A stretch of 46,446 nucleotides of DNA from Nitrospira sp. (GTDB lineage Bacteria > Pseudomonadota > Gammaproteobacteria > Acidiferrobacterales > SPGG2), in the NCBI GenBank assembly GCA_019456345.1, contig VRUB01000003.1:1-46446 (forward strand), written 5' to 3'. This document shows, piece after piece, positions 9,108 to 19,169 of this stretch (position 1 is the first letter of the stretch; each line of letters starts with the position of its first letter). A program made the position numbers and the translations under genes. Under the pieces are notes generated by a model. That model had not been told where the DNA came from. It saw only the letters and a program-made list of their open reading frames with translations, and did no database searches.

Positions 9108-10411
9108 GGACCGCGCGTTTTTTCCTCCTCCTCCTGCTTGGCCTGATTCTCACACTGGGCCAAGCGGGGGCCGTCTCCGTGAAGAATCTGCGCGTGTGGC
9201 GGGCACCCGACCACACCCGGCTTGTATTCGATCTGAGCGCGCCGTTGGAGCACCGGTTATTTACGCTCACCAATCCCGACCGGATCGTCATCGACATGCA
9301 GAATGGGGAGTTACAGGGTGCGCTGCCTCGACTGGACTTCAGCGGGCCGTTCCTTGCCGGCGTGCGTACGGGATCACAGCAGCGAGACACGTTGCGGGTG
9401 GTGCTGGATCTCAAACGTCCCACACGGCCGCGCACGTTCGTATTGCAACCGAATCAGCAGTACGGACACCGGCTGGTGATCGATCTCTACGACGTCAGCA
9501 CGTTCATTCAGGAACAGCCGGTACAGCCGCGCCGCGTCAAGCCCACGCGGAAGAGCATTGTAATCGCTATCGATGCCGGCCACGGTGGTGAGGATCCGGG
9601 GGCGATCGGTCGGCGATACCGGACCCGCGAAAAGCACATTGTGCTGGGTATCGCGCGCGCACTCAAGAAGCTCATAGCCGCCGCCCCCGGGATGCAGCCG
9701 GTTATGATTCGCGATGGTGACTACTATGTGAAACTAGCCAAGCGGTTCCAGAAAGCACGCCGCTACGAGGCTGAGCTGTTCGTGTCCATCCACGCCGATG
9801 CCTTGCCGGGCGGGCGCGCACGAGGCACCTCGGTCTACGCGCTCTCCGAGCGCGGCGCCACCAGTGCACTCGCAAGGATCGTTGCCGACAGGGAAAATGC
9901 CTCTGATCTCATCGGCGGAGTTCGCCTCAGTGACAAGGATGATCTGCTGGCGAAGGTTCTGTTGGATCTCTCGCAGACCGCCACCATCAGCGACAGCTTG
10001 CAGCTCGGCGCGGATGTGCTGTACGGGTTGCGTCGCTACGCGCCGATTCATACCCGGGTGGTGCAGCAGGCCGGGTTTGCGGTGCTGAAGGCACCCGATG
10101 TGCCATCGATACTGATCGAAACGGGCTATATCTCAAACCCCAGCGAAGAGAAAAAGCTTCGCAGCCGGTCATATCAACGCAAGCTGGCGCAGGGAATTTT
10201 TGACGGCATCAAGCGCTACGTCTCCCGCAGCAAGTTTCGTGCTCAACGCCAACAGGTCGTAGACAACGGTCCGCGTGTGCATATCGTGCAGCCCGGGGAC
10301 ACTCTGTCGGCGATCGCCCGGATCTATGGAATCCGCGTTGATGCATTACGCTTCGCCAACAACATGAGCACCACTCAGCTCAAAGTCGGCAGTCGGTTGA
10401 TTATTCCCTAA
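9104..10411 (+). CDS. amiB: N-acetylmuramoyl-L-alanine amidase (AMIN + Amidase_3 + LysM)
   Basis: Signal peptide, AMIN domain, IDAGHGGEDPGA, SIHAD, ILIETGYISN, C-terminal LysM (VQPGDTLSAIA); follows tsaE. Confidence 0.92.
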   Translation: MRTARFFLLLLLGLILTLGQAGAVSVKNLRVWRAPDHTRLVFDLSAPLEHRLFTLTNPDRIVIDMQNGELQGALPRLDFSGPFLAGVRTGSQQRDTLRVVLDLKRPTRPRTFVLQPNQQYGHRLVIDLYDVSTFIQEQPVQPRRVKPTRKSIVIAIDAGHGGEDPGAIGRRYRTREKHIVLGIARALKKLIAAAPGMQPVMIRDGDYYVKLAKRFQKARRYEAELFVSIHADALPGGRARGTSVYALSERGATSALARIVADRENASDLIGGVRLSDKDDLLAKVLLDLSQTATISDSLQLGADVLYGLRRYAPIHTRVVQQAGFAVLKAPDVPSILIETGYISNPSEEKKLRSRSYQRKLAQGIFDGIKRYVSRSKFRAQRQQVVDNGPRVHIVQPGDTLSAIARIYGIRVDALRFANNMSTTQLKVGSRLIIP

Positions 10412-10423
10412 TCCGTGATCCAC

Positions 10424-10457
10424 CCCCTCCCTAACCCTCCCCCAATCTGGGGGAGGG
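10424..10457. repeat. REP-like GC hairpin, possibly the terminator of the amiB operon
   Basis: CCCTCCCCCA-atc-TGGGGGAGGG perfect 10-bp stem (10435-10457) preceded by CCCCTCCCTAA. Confidence 0.65.
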
Positions 10458-10487
10458 AATTGGGTGTGGCGGGAGGGATAACTACAG

Positions 10488-10622
10488 TAGCAAGTTACAA
10501 CTACCAAGTGGCAAGGAGCTTATACAGCAAGGACCTGGGACTGAGGACGGGGGACCATGGTCCGTGAAGCGTGAGTGGTGAAGGGTGACTTCAGTTGCAA
10601 GTGGCAAGTAACAAGTAGCGAG
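10488..10622. repeat. Four consecutive 4x7-nt heptamer blocks from three families
   Basis: TAGCAAG-type 10488-10515, nnnGGAC-type 10528-10555, nnnGTGA-type 10561-10588, TRGCAAG-type 10595-10622. Confidence 0.8.
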
Positions 10623-10632
10623 GGGGTTAATT

Positions 10633-10838
10633 CTGTGAGGCGTGAAGGGCACCCGCCGTTCTTGCCGGCGATGGCGCAGGTGCAGATGGCTTTGGGAACT
10701 TTGGCCGAAACCAAAGTTCCTCGTCTGCCGGGACGAGACCCGGCTAGTATATTCGCCGGTAGGCGACTCCCTCCACAGTGACATCCGGGTAAACCCTATG
10801 CGGTTAAAGAGTCGACCGCGCCCGGTCCCACACACTAC
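10633..10838. ncRNA. Putative structured non-coding RNA or transposase-less IS non-coding end
   Basis: Several stems: GCACCCGC/GCAGGTGC, GGAACTTTGG/CCAAAGTTCC (10695-10720), GCCGGG/CCCGGC (10727-10744), GCGGT/ACCGC, plus a possible pseudoknot CGACTC(10764)/GAGTCG(10809); no credible ORF. Confidence 0.45.
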
Positions 10839-10842
10839 TTCT

Positions 10843-12489
10843 TCAAGTTTTCAGACCTTTCCTGGTAAGCTCCCGTTCCCGCAACTCCACGCGCCTGACC
10901 TTGCCGGTGGTGGTCATCGGTACCTCGTCGATAAACTCGATCTCCCGAGGATACTCGTAGGCGGCCAGTCGCGTGCGTACCGAGTCCTGAATCTCTTTCT
11001 TGAGGTCGTCCGATGGCCTGTAGCCTTTGGCGAGTACGATAAATGCCTTCACGATGTTGCCGCGCAACTCGTCCGGGCTACCGATTGCGGCGGCCTGCAC
11101 GACGGCAGGGTGTTTGAGTAAACAATCTTCGATCTCACCGGGTCCGATGCGATAACCGGCACTTGAAATCACGTCGTCCTTGCGCCCCACGAACCACAAG
11201 TATCCGTCTTCATCGCGTACACCGACGTCACCCGTACAAAACCACTCACCGATGAATTTCTCGCGTGTGGCGTCTTCATTGCCCCAATAACCGAGAAACA
11301 TCACAGGGTCCCCCGAGCGCGCGGCAAGCTCTCCAGTCTCGCCTGCCCGCATCGGCTGTCCGTCCTCGCCGATCACGTCCACGGTATGGCCTGGATACGG
11401 CTTGCCCATCGAGCCTGGCCTGACGGGCATGATCTCGGAACAGTTACCGACCAAGTAATTGAATTCTGTCTGGCCCCACATTTCATTGACTTTTACCGCC
11501 AACGCTTCGGCGGTCCAGCGATAAAGCTCCTCCCCGACGGCCTCGCCCGCGGACATGATGCCACGAACCCCGAGTCTAAAACGATTCCCGATATTGTCGA
11601 CCTGCCGCATCATCTTCAGGGCGGTAGGGGGGATAAAGGCGTTCGTCACAGCATACTTATGCATTAGATGACATGCCTTCTCGGGATCAAATTTTCCACC
11701 CTCATAGGCGACGATCGGTTTCGCGTAGTACCACGTTGGCAAAAGTCCATCCAGCAACCCGCCGGTCCAGGCCCAGTCAGCGGGAGTCCAGAACACATCA
11801 TCGTCACGCGGAAAAAAATTCTGTGATAACTCGAACCCAGTCAAGTTACCAAGCAGCGAGCGATGTGCAATCAGCGCGCCCTTGGGTGGGCCGGTGGTCC
11901 CCGACGTATAGATCAAGAGCGCCGGGTCGTCGGCACGTGTCGCAACTATTTTCAACGCATCCGATGCCTGCTCGAGCAGTGGCCAGAATGCCAGCTCGCC
12001 TTCGGCTTCATCATCGCATCCGATGACTGTCTGAAGCTCAGGCAGAACAGGCTTCATCGCTTGCAGCATGGGCAAGTGATCATTGTCCGTGACTACCGCT
12101 TTCACGCCGCTGTCCCGCAACCGATATTCGACCGCATCCGGCCCAAACAGGATCGACAAGGGCAAGGCGACAGCGCCGATCTTGTAGGCCGCGAGGTGAG
12201 AGATGGCGGTCTCGGCGCGCTGCGACAGGATAATCGCTACCCGGTCGCCGCGGCTGACTCCAAGCGCCAGCAGGGCATTGGCGAACCGATTCGACAGCGA
12301 CTTGATCTGGCCGAACGTGAACGTTTGCTCTTTGCCGTCCGCATGCTCATAAAACAGGGCAACGTCGTCGGCATGGCGCGTGTGCCTGTCACACACGTCG
12401 TGGGCGATGTTGGAGTACTCGGGAATGTTCCACTTAAACGAAGCACAGATGGCGTCGAAATCTCGAAGATTGGCACTAATGAGGCTCAT
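10843..12489 (-). CDS. Acyl-CoA synthetase (short/medium-chain, AMP-forming)
   Basis: YTSGTTGPPKG, WTPADWAW, WGQTE, TGD, GRKDD and TTTGKV motifs; start set at ATG 12489 (the upstream extension is repeat-derived). Confidence 0.92.
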   Translation of the reverse strand: MSLISANLRDFDAICASFKWNIPEYSNIAHDVCDRHTRHADDVALFYEHADGKEQTFTFGQIKSLSNRFANALLALGVSRGDRVAIILSQRAETAISHLAAYKIGAVALPLSILFGPDAVEYRLRDSGVKAVVTDNDHLPMLQAMKPVLPELQTVIGCDDEAEGELAFWPLLEQASDALKIVATRADDPALLIYTSGTTGPPKGALIAHRSLLGNLTGFELSQNFFPRDDDVFWTPADWAWTGGLLDGLLPTWYYAKPIVAYEGGKFDPEKACHLMHKYAVTNAFIPPTALKMMRQVDNIGNRFRLGVRGIMSAGEAVGEELYRWTAEALAVKVNEMWGQTEFNYLVGNCSEIMPVRPGSMGKPYPGHTVDVIGEDGQPMRAGETGELAARSGDPVMFLGYWGNEDATREKFIGEWFCTGDVGVRDEDGYLWFVGRKDDVISSAGYRIGPGEIEDCLLKHPAVVQAAAIGSPDELRGNIVKAFIVLAKGYRPSDDLKKEIQDSVRTRLAAYEYPREIEFIDEVPMTTTGKVRRVELRERELTRKGLKT

Positions 12490-12505
12490 AGCGCTAAACC
12501 GAGAG

Positions 12506-12676
12506 TAGCAAGTGTGAAGTGGCAAGTAGCAAGGCTACACATCTAAGGGCCCGGTTCGTAAAGTACGCAGTCAACAAATGTCCTTACCGCTTACAGCTTG
12601 CTAGTTGGTACTTCTTACTTGTCACTTGCTACTGCAACTCGCAGCTCGTTACTTACTAGTTGCCACTTGCAACTTG

Positions 12677-12679
<3 letters not shown>
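12506..12679. repeat. Inverted heptamer arrays (4 units and about 14 units)
   Basis: TAGCAAG-TGTGAAG-TGGCAAG-TAGCAAG (12506-12533) and a CTTGYYA-type run 12583-12679 that ends in the metY stop codon. Confidence 0.85.
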
Positions 12680-14008
<1,329 letters not shown>

Positions 14009-14054
14009 CTAGAGTTTACGCCCCATTGCAGTCGTCGATGTCGACGAAAGGCGA

Positions 14055-14223
14055 CTAGCAGGCTGCTGAAAAACTATTTTCAGCAGCCTGCTAGAGCGGC
14101 GCAAGGAAGCACCGCACACTTTTCAAACACTTACGTGTTTGAAAAGTGGAGCAGAGCAAAAACCGCCCTTTTTGCTCTACGAGCGGAAAAAGCCAGGGAC
14201 GGACTTTTTCAGCACCCTGCTAG
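14055..14223. mobile_element. MITE with 15-bp terminal inverted repeats and CTAG flanks (IS5/IS1182-like ends)
   Basis: CTAG-CAGGCTGCTGAAAAA (14055-14073) ... TTTTTCAGCACCCTG-CTAG (14205-14223); extra internal IR copy plus CTAG (14077-14094); two more internal palindromes. Confidence 0.75.
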
Positions 14224-14365
14224 TGAAGCCCCGCCGGCGCACCGGGGAAACCCATTCGGGACGCAGACAGAGATGTCGCGTCGAGCGGCTCGTGGCGCGG
14301 GCGGAAAAAGGCGACACTCTGGAGCCGCGAGTCGGCATCGGCGGCATGATGTCGCTCTTCTTCGA

Positions 14366-14839
14366 TTAATTAGAAATCACTTTCGTCCGCTTTGAAGAGA
14401 TTACCCCGGTATTCACACCGACAAAATTGAGGCCTCCGAACAGCCGTGCATGCTCGATCTTCATGCAGCGATCCATCACCACGTCCAAACCGGCCTGCCG
14501 CGCACGCTCCGCCGCTTCCTCGTTGACAATACCAAGCTGCATCCAGACAACCTTGGCGCCGATATCGATCGCATCCTCTCCGAATGGCAGTACCTGGTCG
14601 GCGCGTTGAAAGATTTGCACAACATCTACGGGCTCTGGAATATCACGCAACGTCGGATAGCATTTCTCACCAAGGATCTCCTCGTAACGTGGATTGACCG
14701 GGATGATCCTGTAGCCGTGCTCCTGCAGATACTTCGCTGCAAAATAGCTCGGACGGTACCAGTTGGCCGAAAGACCCACTACGGCAATAACACGGTTCTG
14801 TTGCAGGATCCGGCGCAACGTCGGGATATCAATCATCAT
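14366..14839 (-). CDS. CoA-binding protein (YccU-like)
   Basis: IAVVGLS..RPSY, IIPVNP, VWMQLGI and VVMDRCMKIEH motifs; GGAG RBS before ATG 14839. Confidence 0.92.
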   Translation of the reverse strand: MMIDIPTLRRILQQNRVIAVVGLSANWYRPSYFAAKYLQEHGYRIIPVNPRYEEILGEKCYPTLRDIPEPVDVVQIFQRADQVLPFGEDAIDIGAKVVWMQLGIVNEEAAERARQAGLDVVMDRCMKIEHARLFGGLNFVGVNTGVISSKRTKVISN

Positions 14840-14991
14840 GAATCTCCACACAAGATGGGCACTGGTCTTTAAGTCTGCGCGGCATCGTCCAGGCACGTAT
14901 CCAGCACGATGAAATCCAGCCTAATGCAAAAATCCGGTACGGGCAACCGCGTGCATTGCCACAAAGCGCGCACACGCCGCCAGCTCACAGG

Positions 14992-15435
14992 CTATCCGGG
15001 CAGCACACGCGCAATGTAGGTCGCGGAAAATGTCACCGCGGGCCTGTCGTTGACACGGATATCGGAGTGCAGCTCCCAGCGCGCCTTGCCGCTGGTAAGT
15101 AACTTGGTCTTGAACTCGCGCAGCACGGGCTCAGTGGGCATGGCGCAAACAGCCTCGAGGTCCTGGTGCACGGGCATCAAGTAGCGGATGCGCCCGTCGC
15201 TGATCACCACGTCGCCCTGGCGCCCAAGCGCCTGCACAACGAGGTGGGTAAGCGCCCAGCCACTGAGCGTCAGCAGCGTTGCCAGGCTGCCGGCAAACGC
15301 CGTTGTCTTGTCGTTGATATTGGCCGACAGCGGTGCCGTCAAAATCAGCCCGCTATCATCGTATCGCCCGACGCGGATGCCCATGGCCCGCGTGATCGGT
15401 ATCTCGCGATAAAGGTACGTCTGCAGCTTTTCCAT
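14992..15435 (-). CDS. YiiD C-terminal-type hotdog-fold thioesterase
   Basis: IPITRAMGI and APLSANINDKTTAFAGSLATL..LSGW motifs. Confidence 0.88.
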   Translation of the reverse strand: MEKLQTYLYREIPITRAMGIRVGRYDDSGLILTAPLSANINDKTTAFAGSLATLLTLSGWALTHLVVQALGRQGDVVISDGRIRYLMPVHQDLEAVCAMPTEPVLREFKTKLLTSGKARWELHSDIRVNDRPAVTFSATYIARVLPG

Positions 15436-15578
15436 GGTTCAATCACTGTTTGGCATTGCGAACCGATCGCCCTACAGGCGGTCGGCACCCGCACAGGCTC
15501 GGCCGACGCACGCCCGTCGAGCGCAGCATGAATCGAGCGGTTGGGCTTTGTGCGAGGTCAACGCCTCAAGGTCTTCGG

Positions 15579-16826
15579 CTACTCGTACTTGCGGATGTCG
15601 TCGATGACTTTCCCATCGTTCGCCAGGCTGCCCGGACTGGCGAATACGATCTCGCCGCGCAGCTTGCAGACCTCGCGAATGCTCTCGGCAATGGCGTCGG
15701 CAAGATCCTGGCTGCCCCCGCCTTCGACCTCGCAGTGGAACGTCATGATGTCATTCATCGCATCGCGATCGACGACCAGGCGCCCGTTCTTGATCTGCGA
15801 GTGCCGTTTCACCACCGCGGCCACTTGCGAGGGCGTGACGAACATGCCGCGCACCTTGGTCGTCTGATCCGCACGTCCAAGCCATCCTTTGATGCGGGCA
15901 TTGGTGCGACCGCACGGGCTTATCCCCGGCATGGCCGCCGAAAGATCGCCGGTGGCGAAGCGGACCAGCGGGTAATCGGGGTTGAAGGTCGTGACCACCA
16001 CCTCGCCGATCTCGCCGTCCTCCACGGGATCGCCGGTGCCGGGGCGCACGATCTCGACGATTACGCCTTCATCGATGATAAGCCCTTCCCTGGCGGACGA
16101 CTCATAAGCGATCAGGCCCAGATCGGCCGTGACATAGCACTGTAGCGCCTCCACACCGCAGCTCTTGAGATCCGCGTGCAAGCTCGGCGGAAATGCCTCG
16201 CCGGAAACAGCGGCCTTACGCAGGCTGGAGGTATCGGCTCCCAGCTCGCCGGCCCTGCCCAGGAGGATTTTGAGGAAAGAGGGCGTACCGACATAACCAT
16301 CCGGGCGCAGATCCGCAATGGCTTGCACCTGTAGCTCGGTCTGCCCGACTCCGCCGGGAAAGACCGCACAACCCAGTGCATGCGCCGCCGTCTCCACCAT
16401 CGAACCGGCGGGTGTTAAATGATAGGCAAAGCTGTTGTGTACCAGGTCGCCTTTACGAAAACCGGCGGCAAAGAGCGCTCGCGCCAGGCGCCAGTAATCC
16501 CGCCGATGGGTCTCGGGTTCGTAGATCGGACCGGGTGAAGAGAATATATTCGCGCTCTCACCCCTTTTTACCGTGGCGAATCCGCCGAAAGGGGGTTCAC
16601 GGCGTTGCAGCTCGGTCAGCTCCGATCTTCGCGTGACCGGCAGCTCCGCGAGCGCAGCAGCACTCGTAATGTCGGCACTGTTGGTGCCGGCGAGAATCCT
16701 GGCGAAGGCCGGGGCATTTTTCTGTGCGTGCGCGATCTGCTGTGGCAGCGCCTCAAACTGCGCGCGCTGGCGCTCCTGCGGGTCGCGGGTCTCAAGCTCG
16801 TCGAAGTATTCCTGACCAACCGCCAT
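15579..16826 (-). CDS. Phenylacetate-CoA ligase family protein
   Basis: SPGPIYEPE, FAYHLTPAG, GTPSFLKI, RFATGDLS and GWLGRADQTTKVRGMFV motifs. Confidence 0.9.
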   Translation of the reverse strand: MAVGQEYFDELETRDPQERQRAQFEALPQQIAHAQKNAPAFARILAGTNSADITSAAALAELPVTRRSELTELQRREPPFGGFATVKRGESANIFSSPGPIYEPETHRRDYWRLARALFAAGFRKGDLVHNSFAYHLTPAGSMVETAAHALGCAVFPGGVGQTELQVQAIADLRPDGYVGTPSFLKILLGRAGELGADTSSLRKAAVSGEAFPPSLHADLKSCGVEALQCYVTADLGLIAYESSAREGLIIDEGVIVEIVRPGTGDPVEDGEIGEVVVTTFNPDYPLVRFATGDLSAAMPGISPCGRTNARIKGWLGRADQTTKVRGMFVTPSQVAAVVKRHSQIKNGRLVVDRDAMNDIMTFHCEVEGGGSQDLADAIAESIREVCKLRGEIVFASPGSLANDGKVIDDIRKYE

Positions 16827-16878
16827 AGCGGGCTAGCTCCGCCTGCATTCGGATGACGCCTTGATTGCTGGCCGCCTC

Positions 16879-16906
16879 CTTGCAACTTGTCACTCGCAAC
16901 TTGCTA
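16879..16906. repeat. 4x7-nt heptamer array
   Basis: CTTGCAA-CTTGTCA-CTCGCAA-CTTGCTA, just after the ABC ATPase stop. Confidence 0.75.
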
Positions 16907-16912
16907 CTGCTC

Positions 16913-17728
16913 TCATGCCAACCACCGCTTGCGCCGCCGATAGTGCTTGAAGTCGCGAAAGCTCTTGCGCTTCTCCCCACTCACTCCAAGGTAGAACTCC
17001 TTGACGTCCTCGTTTTTCGCCAGGTCCTTGGCCTCGCCGTCGAGTACCACGCGCCCATTTTCCAGGATGTAGCCATACTGCGCGTAGTGCAAGGCCATGT
17101 TGGTGTTCTGCTCGGCTAGCAGAAAGCTCACGTTCTCGCTCTCGTTGAGGCGCTTGACGATATCGAAGATCTCCCCAACGAGCTGCGGGGCGAGGCCCAT
17201 GGACGGCTCGTCGAGCAATATCATCCTGGGCCGCGACATCAGTGCCCGGCCGAGCGCCGTCATCTGCTGCTCGCCGCCGGAGATGTATCCAGCCTGACCC
17301 GTTCGCCGCTCCTTGAGACGCGGAAAGTAACTGTAGACCATCTCCAAATCCTGGGCAACGCGATCGCGGCCATCGGTGCGGGCGTGGGCGCCAGTCAGTA
17401 GATTTTCCTCGACCGTCAGGTGCTCGAAGCAGCGTCGCCCCTCCATGACCTGAATCACCCCGCGCTTGACGAGGTCGGACGGCAAGAGCCTGTCTACCCG
17501 CTCACCCTGGTACTCGATGGAACCTTTGGTGACCTCGCCGCGCTCGGCCTTGAGCAGATTGGAGATGGCCTTGAGTGTAGTAGTCTTGCCGGCGCCGTTG
17601 GCCCCAAGGAGGGCGACAATGCCCCCCTCGGGCACCTCCAGCGAAACACCTTTCAACACCAAGATGACGTGGTCATAGATCACCTCGATGTTGTTGACGA
17701 CAAGCAGTGACGAACCGTCGGCCGTCAC
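16913..17728 (-). CDS. ABC transporter ATP-binding protein (LivF-like)
   Basis: GANGAGKTT, ISGGEQQM, LLDEPSMGLAP. Confidence 0.95.
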   Translation of the reverse strand: MTADGSSLLVVNNIEVIYDHVILVLKGVSLEVPEGGIVALLGANGAGKTTTLKAISNLLKAERGEVTKGSIEYQGERVDRLLPSDLVKRGVIQVMEGRRCFEHLTVEENLLTGAHARTDGRDRVAQDLEMVYSYFPRLKERRTGQAGYISGGEQQMTALGRALMSRPRMILLDEPSMGLAPQLVGEIFDIVKRLNESENVSFLLAEQNTNMALHYAQYGYILENGRVVLDGEAKDLAKNEDVKEFYLGVSGEKRKSFRDFKHYRRRKRWLA

Positions 17729-17735
17729 TTATGTG

Positions 17736-19058
17736 TCAACCCATGCACTTGCGCGGCGTGATATTATTTTCCTTGGCGTAGGCCGCCGCTGCTTTCTCGA
17801 TCATGGGCCGTACGACGTCGCGCATCGTTGGAACCCAATCACTAACCATGTTCCACTTCTTGCCGTCCCACTGCTGGACAATGATGGGGCCGCCAGTCTC
17901 GTGGTCCGCGCACGTCACCTCGAAACCCCGCGTGAAACCGCCCATGCCGAGCGCCTTCAGGCGTCCCTCGGTGATGTGCAGGTGCTCGAGCCCCCACCGG
18001 ACCTGCTCGCCGGTCATCGGCTTGTTGCCGTACTTCTGCATCGCCGTGCGGATCGCCTCGATACCGAACATGGCGTTGACCAGAGTGCGATTGTAGAGCA
18101 CTTCACCAAAGTTGTTCCTATTGGCTTGAGCCACGTCACCATCGTAGACATGCTTGATGATGTCTTTGTGCACTGGGAAGCCCGTACCCGCAAAGTGAAA
18201 TGCCGTGGACTTGTAGCCAATGGCGCCCTTGCCGGCGGGGATCACATCCGCATCGCTTCCGGACCACCAGTTACCGACGAAGTGGTCCATAGGATAGTTG
18301 ATGGCAGCCGCCTCCTTCACGGCGACCTGATTCATGACTCCCCATCCTGACATGAAGACCCAATCGGGTTTGAGCCTGCGGATCTGCAGCCACGTCGCCT
18401 TCTGCTCCTGACCCGGGTGGTCGACAGCCAGCATGGTTAGCTTGTAGCCGTACTTCTCAGCCAATACCTGCAGAGTGGGATTCGCCTCCTTGCCGTAGGC
18501 GCTATTGTGGTAGACATGGGCGATCTTCATACCCTTAAGCTTGTCCAAGCCGCCTTCCTGCTGGGCGACGTAATTGATGAAGCCTGAAGCCTGGCTCCAG
18601 TAGCTGGTCGGGAAGTTGAAGATCCAAGGGAACACGCGCCCGTCAGCGGCGGCGGTGCGGCCATAGCCCATGGACAGTATCGGAACCTTGTCGACCGGCG
18701 CCTTCGGGATCAGCTGGTAGGTGATGCCCGTGGAGAACGGATTGACCAGCGCCGCGCCGGTCGGACCCTTGTTTTTGAGCTTCTCGTAGCATTCGACCCC
18801 GAGCTTGGTGTTGTACTTGGTCTCGCACTCCTCGAAGGTGACCTTCACCCCGTTGATGCCGCCGTCGCGCTTGTTGACGAGCGTATAGTAATCACGGAAG
18901 CCGTTGGCGACCGGGATACCGCTCGGGGCATAGGGACCGGTGCGGTAGACGAGCATCGGGATGAATTGCTCGTTCTGAGCAACAGCCTCCGCCGAAAACA
19001 CGCCTGTCACGGCGATCAGCGCGCCTAGGCCGGCGATAACCAGTTTTTCGAGTCTCAT
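17736..19058 (-). CDS. ABC transporter substrate-binding protein (LivK-like, PBP type 1)
   Basis: Signal peptide, YRTGPYAPSG and GGINGVK motifs; position in the operon. Confidence 0.92.
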   Translation of the reverse strand: MRLEKLVIAGLGALIAVTGVFSAEAVAQNEQFIPMLVYRTGPYAPSGIPVANGFRDYYTLVNKRDGGINGVKVTFEECETKYNTKLGVECYEKLKNKGPTGAALVNPFSTGITYQLIPKAPVDKVPILSMGYGRTAAADGRVFPWIFNFPTSYWSQASGFINYVAQQEGGLDKLKGMKIAHVYHNSAYGKEANPTLQVLAEKYGYKLTMLAVDHPGQEQKATWLQIRRLKPDWVFMSGWGVMNQVAVKEAAAINYPMDHFVGNWWSGSDADVIPAGKGAIGYKSTAFHFAGTGFPVHKDIIKHVYDGDVAQANRNNFGEVLYNRTLVNAMFGIEAIRTAMQKYGNKPMTGEQVRWGLEHLHITEGRLKALGMGGFTRGFEVTCADHETGGPIIVQQWDGKKWNMVSDWVPTMRDVVRPMIEKAAAAYAKENNITPRKCMG

Positions 19059-19169
19059 ATTCCCCTCCTACCTAGTGCCATTGATGGTTGATAAATTTGC
19101 GGTGAGCGAGAAACTCTAGCACGGTCCCGCCCCCGGGCAAAGATCTGGCAAAATGAAACCCCCATGATG

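Noticed and set aside
10482-10835. 117-aa minus-strand ORF and other short ORFs in the amiB spacer
   Set aside because: They translate heptamer repeats and stems; no RBS or domain
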